A program made the position numbers and the translations under genes. From NCBI GenBank assembly GCA_965207225.1, contig CBDBLV010000005.1:1312001-1376000 (forward strand): a stretch of DNA of 64,000 nucleotides. Reading direction: 5' to 3'. Below are positions 62,072-64,000 of this stretch, piece by piece. Position 1 is the stretch's first letter; the number at the start of each line of letters is the position of its first letter. The notes under the pieces were generated by a model. The model ran no database searches. It saw only the letters and a program-made list of their open reading frames with translations, and was not told the DNA's origin. Source of the DNA: Dehalococcoidia bacterium (lineage in GTDB: Bacteria; Chloroflexota; Dehalococcoidia; Plut-88900).

Positions 62072-63166
62072 CTAGTCCGGGAACTGGATTACCGAGCGGA
62101 GAACTTCGCCGCGCTCCATTTCCTCGAAGGCTTCTTCCACGTCGTCGAGCTTGATCAGCTTGGTGACGGCCCTGTCCAGATCGAGCTTGCCCTGCAGGTA
62201 CCAGTTGGCAAACATGGGGAAGTCCCTCGATGGCAGGTTGTCGCCGTACCAGCTGACCCTGAGGGAGCCTCCAAGTCCGAAGAACTGGAGCATGGGGAGC
62301 TCCATGACCATGGTCGGGTCGGGGACGCCGATGAGGGTGCAGGTTCCGGCGAGATCTCGGGACCAGAGGGCCTGGAGGAGGGTGGCGGGGGTGCCTACGG
62401 CCTCAAAGGAGTGGTCTACGCCGTTGCCGCCGGTAATTTCCTTGATGGCTTCTACTGGGTCGGCCTTCGTGGCGTCAACGGTGTGGGTGGCGCCGAACTC
62501 TTTGGCCCATGCGAGCTTGTTGTCGGCGATGTCTACACCGATGATGGTCTTAGCATTGGCCAGCTTGGCACCCATGATCACGCTGCACCCGACCCCGCCA
62601 CAGCCGTAGACCGCTACGGTGCTCCCACGGCGGACGCCGCCCGTGTAGAGTGCCGCACCGATGCCGGTGGTCACACCGCATCCTAGGAGGCACGCCTGGG
62701 CGGGGGGGCATTCTCGGGGGACGGGGACGGCCTGCCTGGCCGAGACAACGGTGTGGGTGCAGAAGCCGCCGATGCCCAGGGCAGGTGAAAGCTGCTTGCC
62801 GTCGCTCTTCGCGGTCATCCGGGGCTGGGCGTTGAGGCTTGCGGAGCAGAGGTGGGGCTGGCCGATGGCGCAGAAGCGGCAGTTTGCACAGGGGGCCCTC
62901 CAAGCGATGACGACGTAGTCGCCGACAGCGGGGGACTCCACGCCCTCGCCGGCCGCCTCCACGATGCCTGCGACCTCGTGGCCGAGGAGGAAGGGGAATT
63001 CGTCGGTGATCTTGCCGAGCTTGTAGTGGAGGTCGGTATGGCAGACGCCGCTGGCCTGGACTCTTACAAGGACTTCCCCGGGCCCCGGGTCTTCAACGAC
63101 CATGTCCTCGACGCGGGTCGGGGCACCTGCCTCCCTGGAAATAACGGCTTGAGCAATGGTTGCCAT
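62072..63166 (-). CDS. Zn-dependent dehydrogenase, S-(hydroxymethyl)mycothiol dehydrogenase (MscR)-like
   Basis: GVCHTDLHY..G.I.DEFPFLLGHE, SWYGD.LP.RDFP, EVLRSV. Confidence 0.82.
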   Translation of the reverse strand: MATIAQAVISREAGAPTRVEDMVVEDPGPGEVLVRVQASGVCHTDLHYKLGKITDEFPFLLGHEVAGIVEAAGEGVESPAVGDYVVIAWRAPCANCRFCAIGQPHLCSASLNAQPRMTAKSDGKQLSPALGIGGFCTHTVVSARQAVPVPRECPPAQACLLGCGVTTGIGAALYTGGVRRGSTVAVYGCGGVGCSVIMGAKLANAKTIIGVDIADNKLAWAKEFGATHTVDATKADPVEAIKEITGGNGVDHSFEAVGTPATLLQALWSRDLAGTCTLIGVPDPTMVMELPMLQFFGLGGSLRVSWYGDNLPSRDFPMFANWYLQGKLDLDRAVTKLIKLDDVEEAFEEMERGEVLRSVIQFPD

Positions 63167-63331
63167 GAACAGCCTCCGTATAGTGGGTTGTTAAGGAGTA
63201 ATGGTAGCATAAGGGTGGGGAGGGGGAGGGTGGAAAGCTAGAGGTCTCAACAGAACGAGAGTGGTCGAGCAATTTTCGATATAAATTGAAGGTAAGACGC
63301 TCGACTTTTCCTCTGAGGGAACCCGTATTTC

Positions 63332-63360
63332 TTGACACTGAAATTGGGCGTTCCTATAAT
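63332..63360 (+). promoter_or_regulatory. Consensus sigma70 promoter TTGACA-17-TATAAT
   Basis: Perfect consensus upstream of rpsU. Confidence 0.85.
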
Positions 63361-63416
63361 CGGAGACCGATTGTTCAAATAAACTAGCGATACAAAAACT
63401 AGGGGAGGAGCCCAAA

Positions 63417-63602
63417 TTGTCCGAGGTAAGGTTGGGGCGAGACGAAAATTTCGAGAGCCTGCTGAAGCGGTTCAATAAGAAGGTCCAGCAGAACGGGATA
63501 CTATCCGAGGCGAGGCGTCGGGAGTACTACGAAAAGCCGAGCATCAAGCGGAAGAAGAAGGCCGCCGCGGCGGCACGAAAGCGACGAAACGCTCGACGGT
63601 AA
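63417..63602 (+). CDS. rpsU: 30S ribosomal protein S21
   Basis: [27 protein letters not shown]. Confidence 0.95.
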   Translation: MSEVRLGRDENFESLLKRFNKKVQQNGILSEARRREYYEKPSIKRKKKAAAAARKRRNARR

Positions 63603-63629
63603 TACGGGGGTACACCGACAGATCGCCCG

Positions 63630-64000
63630 ATGTCGATACGCGAACAGTTGGATGCAGACCTGCTGGAGGCGGTGCGCAACAAGGATGGACTAAAGCGCTC
63701 CGCCTTACGTCTTATTAAGGCCAGCGTGCAGTCGGAGGAGAAGTCCCGGGGCAAGGAGCTGGGGGACGACGACGTGGTGCAAGTTTTGACTCGGGAGGCG
63801 AAGCGGCGACGGGAGAGCATTACGGCGTTCCGGGACGGCAACAGGCCCGACCTGGTGGAAAAAGAGGAGGCTGAGCTGGCGATTATTGCAAAGTACCTGC
63901 CGCAACAGCTCACCGAGGAAGAAGTGAGAGAGATAGCCCAGTCGGTGATTGAGGAAGTGGGGGCATCGGGGCCGGGGGAGCGGGGGAAGGTGATGGGCAA
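63630..64000 (+). CDS. GatB/YqeY domain protein (truncated by window end)
   Basis: MSIREQLDADL...LRLIK...REAKRRRESI..F....R.DL.EKE..EL..IAKYLPQQL; follows rpsU. Confidence 0.9.
   Translation, partial: MSIREQLDADLLEAVRNKDGLKRSALRLIKASVQSEEKSRGKELGDDDVVQVLTREAKRRRESITAFRDGNRPDLVEKEEAELAIIAKYLPQQLTEEEVREIAQSVIEEVGASGPGERGKVMG

Overview
A 64-kb GC-rich bacterial chromosome segment, most likely from Chloroflexota (Dehalococcoidia/SAR202-like). This is inferred from the short EF-Ts, a GAAC-N4-GTAC LexA box and expanded SDR/LLM/amidohydrolase/CoA-transferase/Zn-ADH paralogues. Core genes: rnhB, mnmA, proS, ispG, the rpsB-tsf-pyrH-frr-uppS-cdsA-dxr-rseP cluster, trpA-aroH-aroF, lexA, rplY, moeB, glnA, pth-ligA, tyrS-ribF, sufBCDSU, fumC and rpsU-yqeY. 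Catabolic genes include a DddP-like M24 protein, a xanthine-dehydrogenase-family Mo enzyme and an MscR-like dehydrogenase. Intergenic spaces are packed with REP-like palindromes. The most unusual feature is three dispersed, apparently non-coding loci (about 2.1-2.9 kb, 18.7-19.3 kb, 45.4-46.2 kb). Each has its own minus-strand sigma70-type promoter and a conserved closing stem (GGCGATGGAA...TTCCATCGCC) enclosing 350-460 nt of unrelated but densely hairpinned sequence, a candidate new large structured RNA family. Other highlights: a GrdB-family selenoprotein with UGA plus SECIS but no resolving cysteines, two tiny tandem desulforedoxin-like genes, an HNH-3'-end-delimited cassette array, a REP read in frame within cdsA, and a GC-skew switch near 2-3 kb. 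No rRNA, tRNA, CRISPR array, transposase or integrase was recognised. All coordinates and alignments were read by eye.
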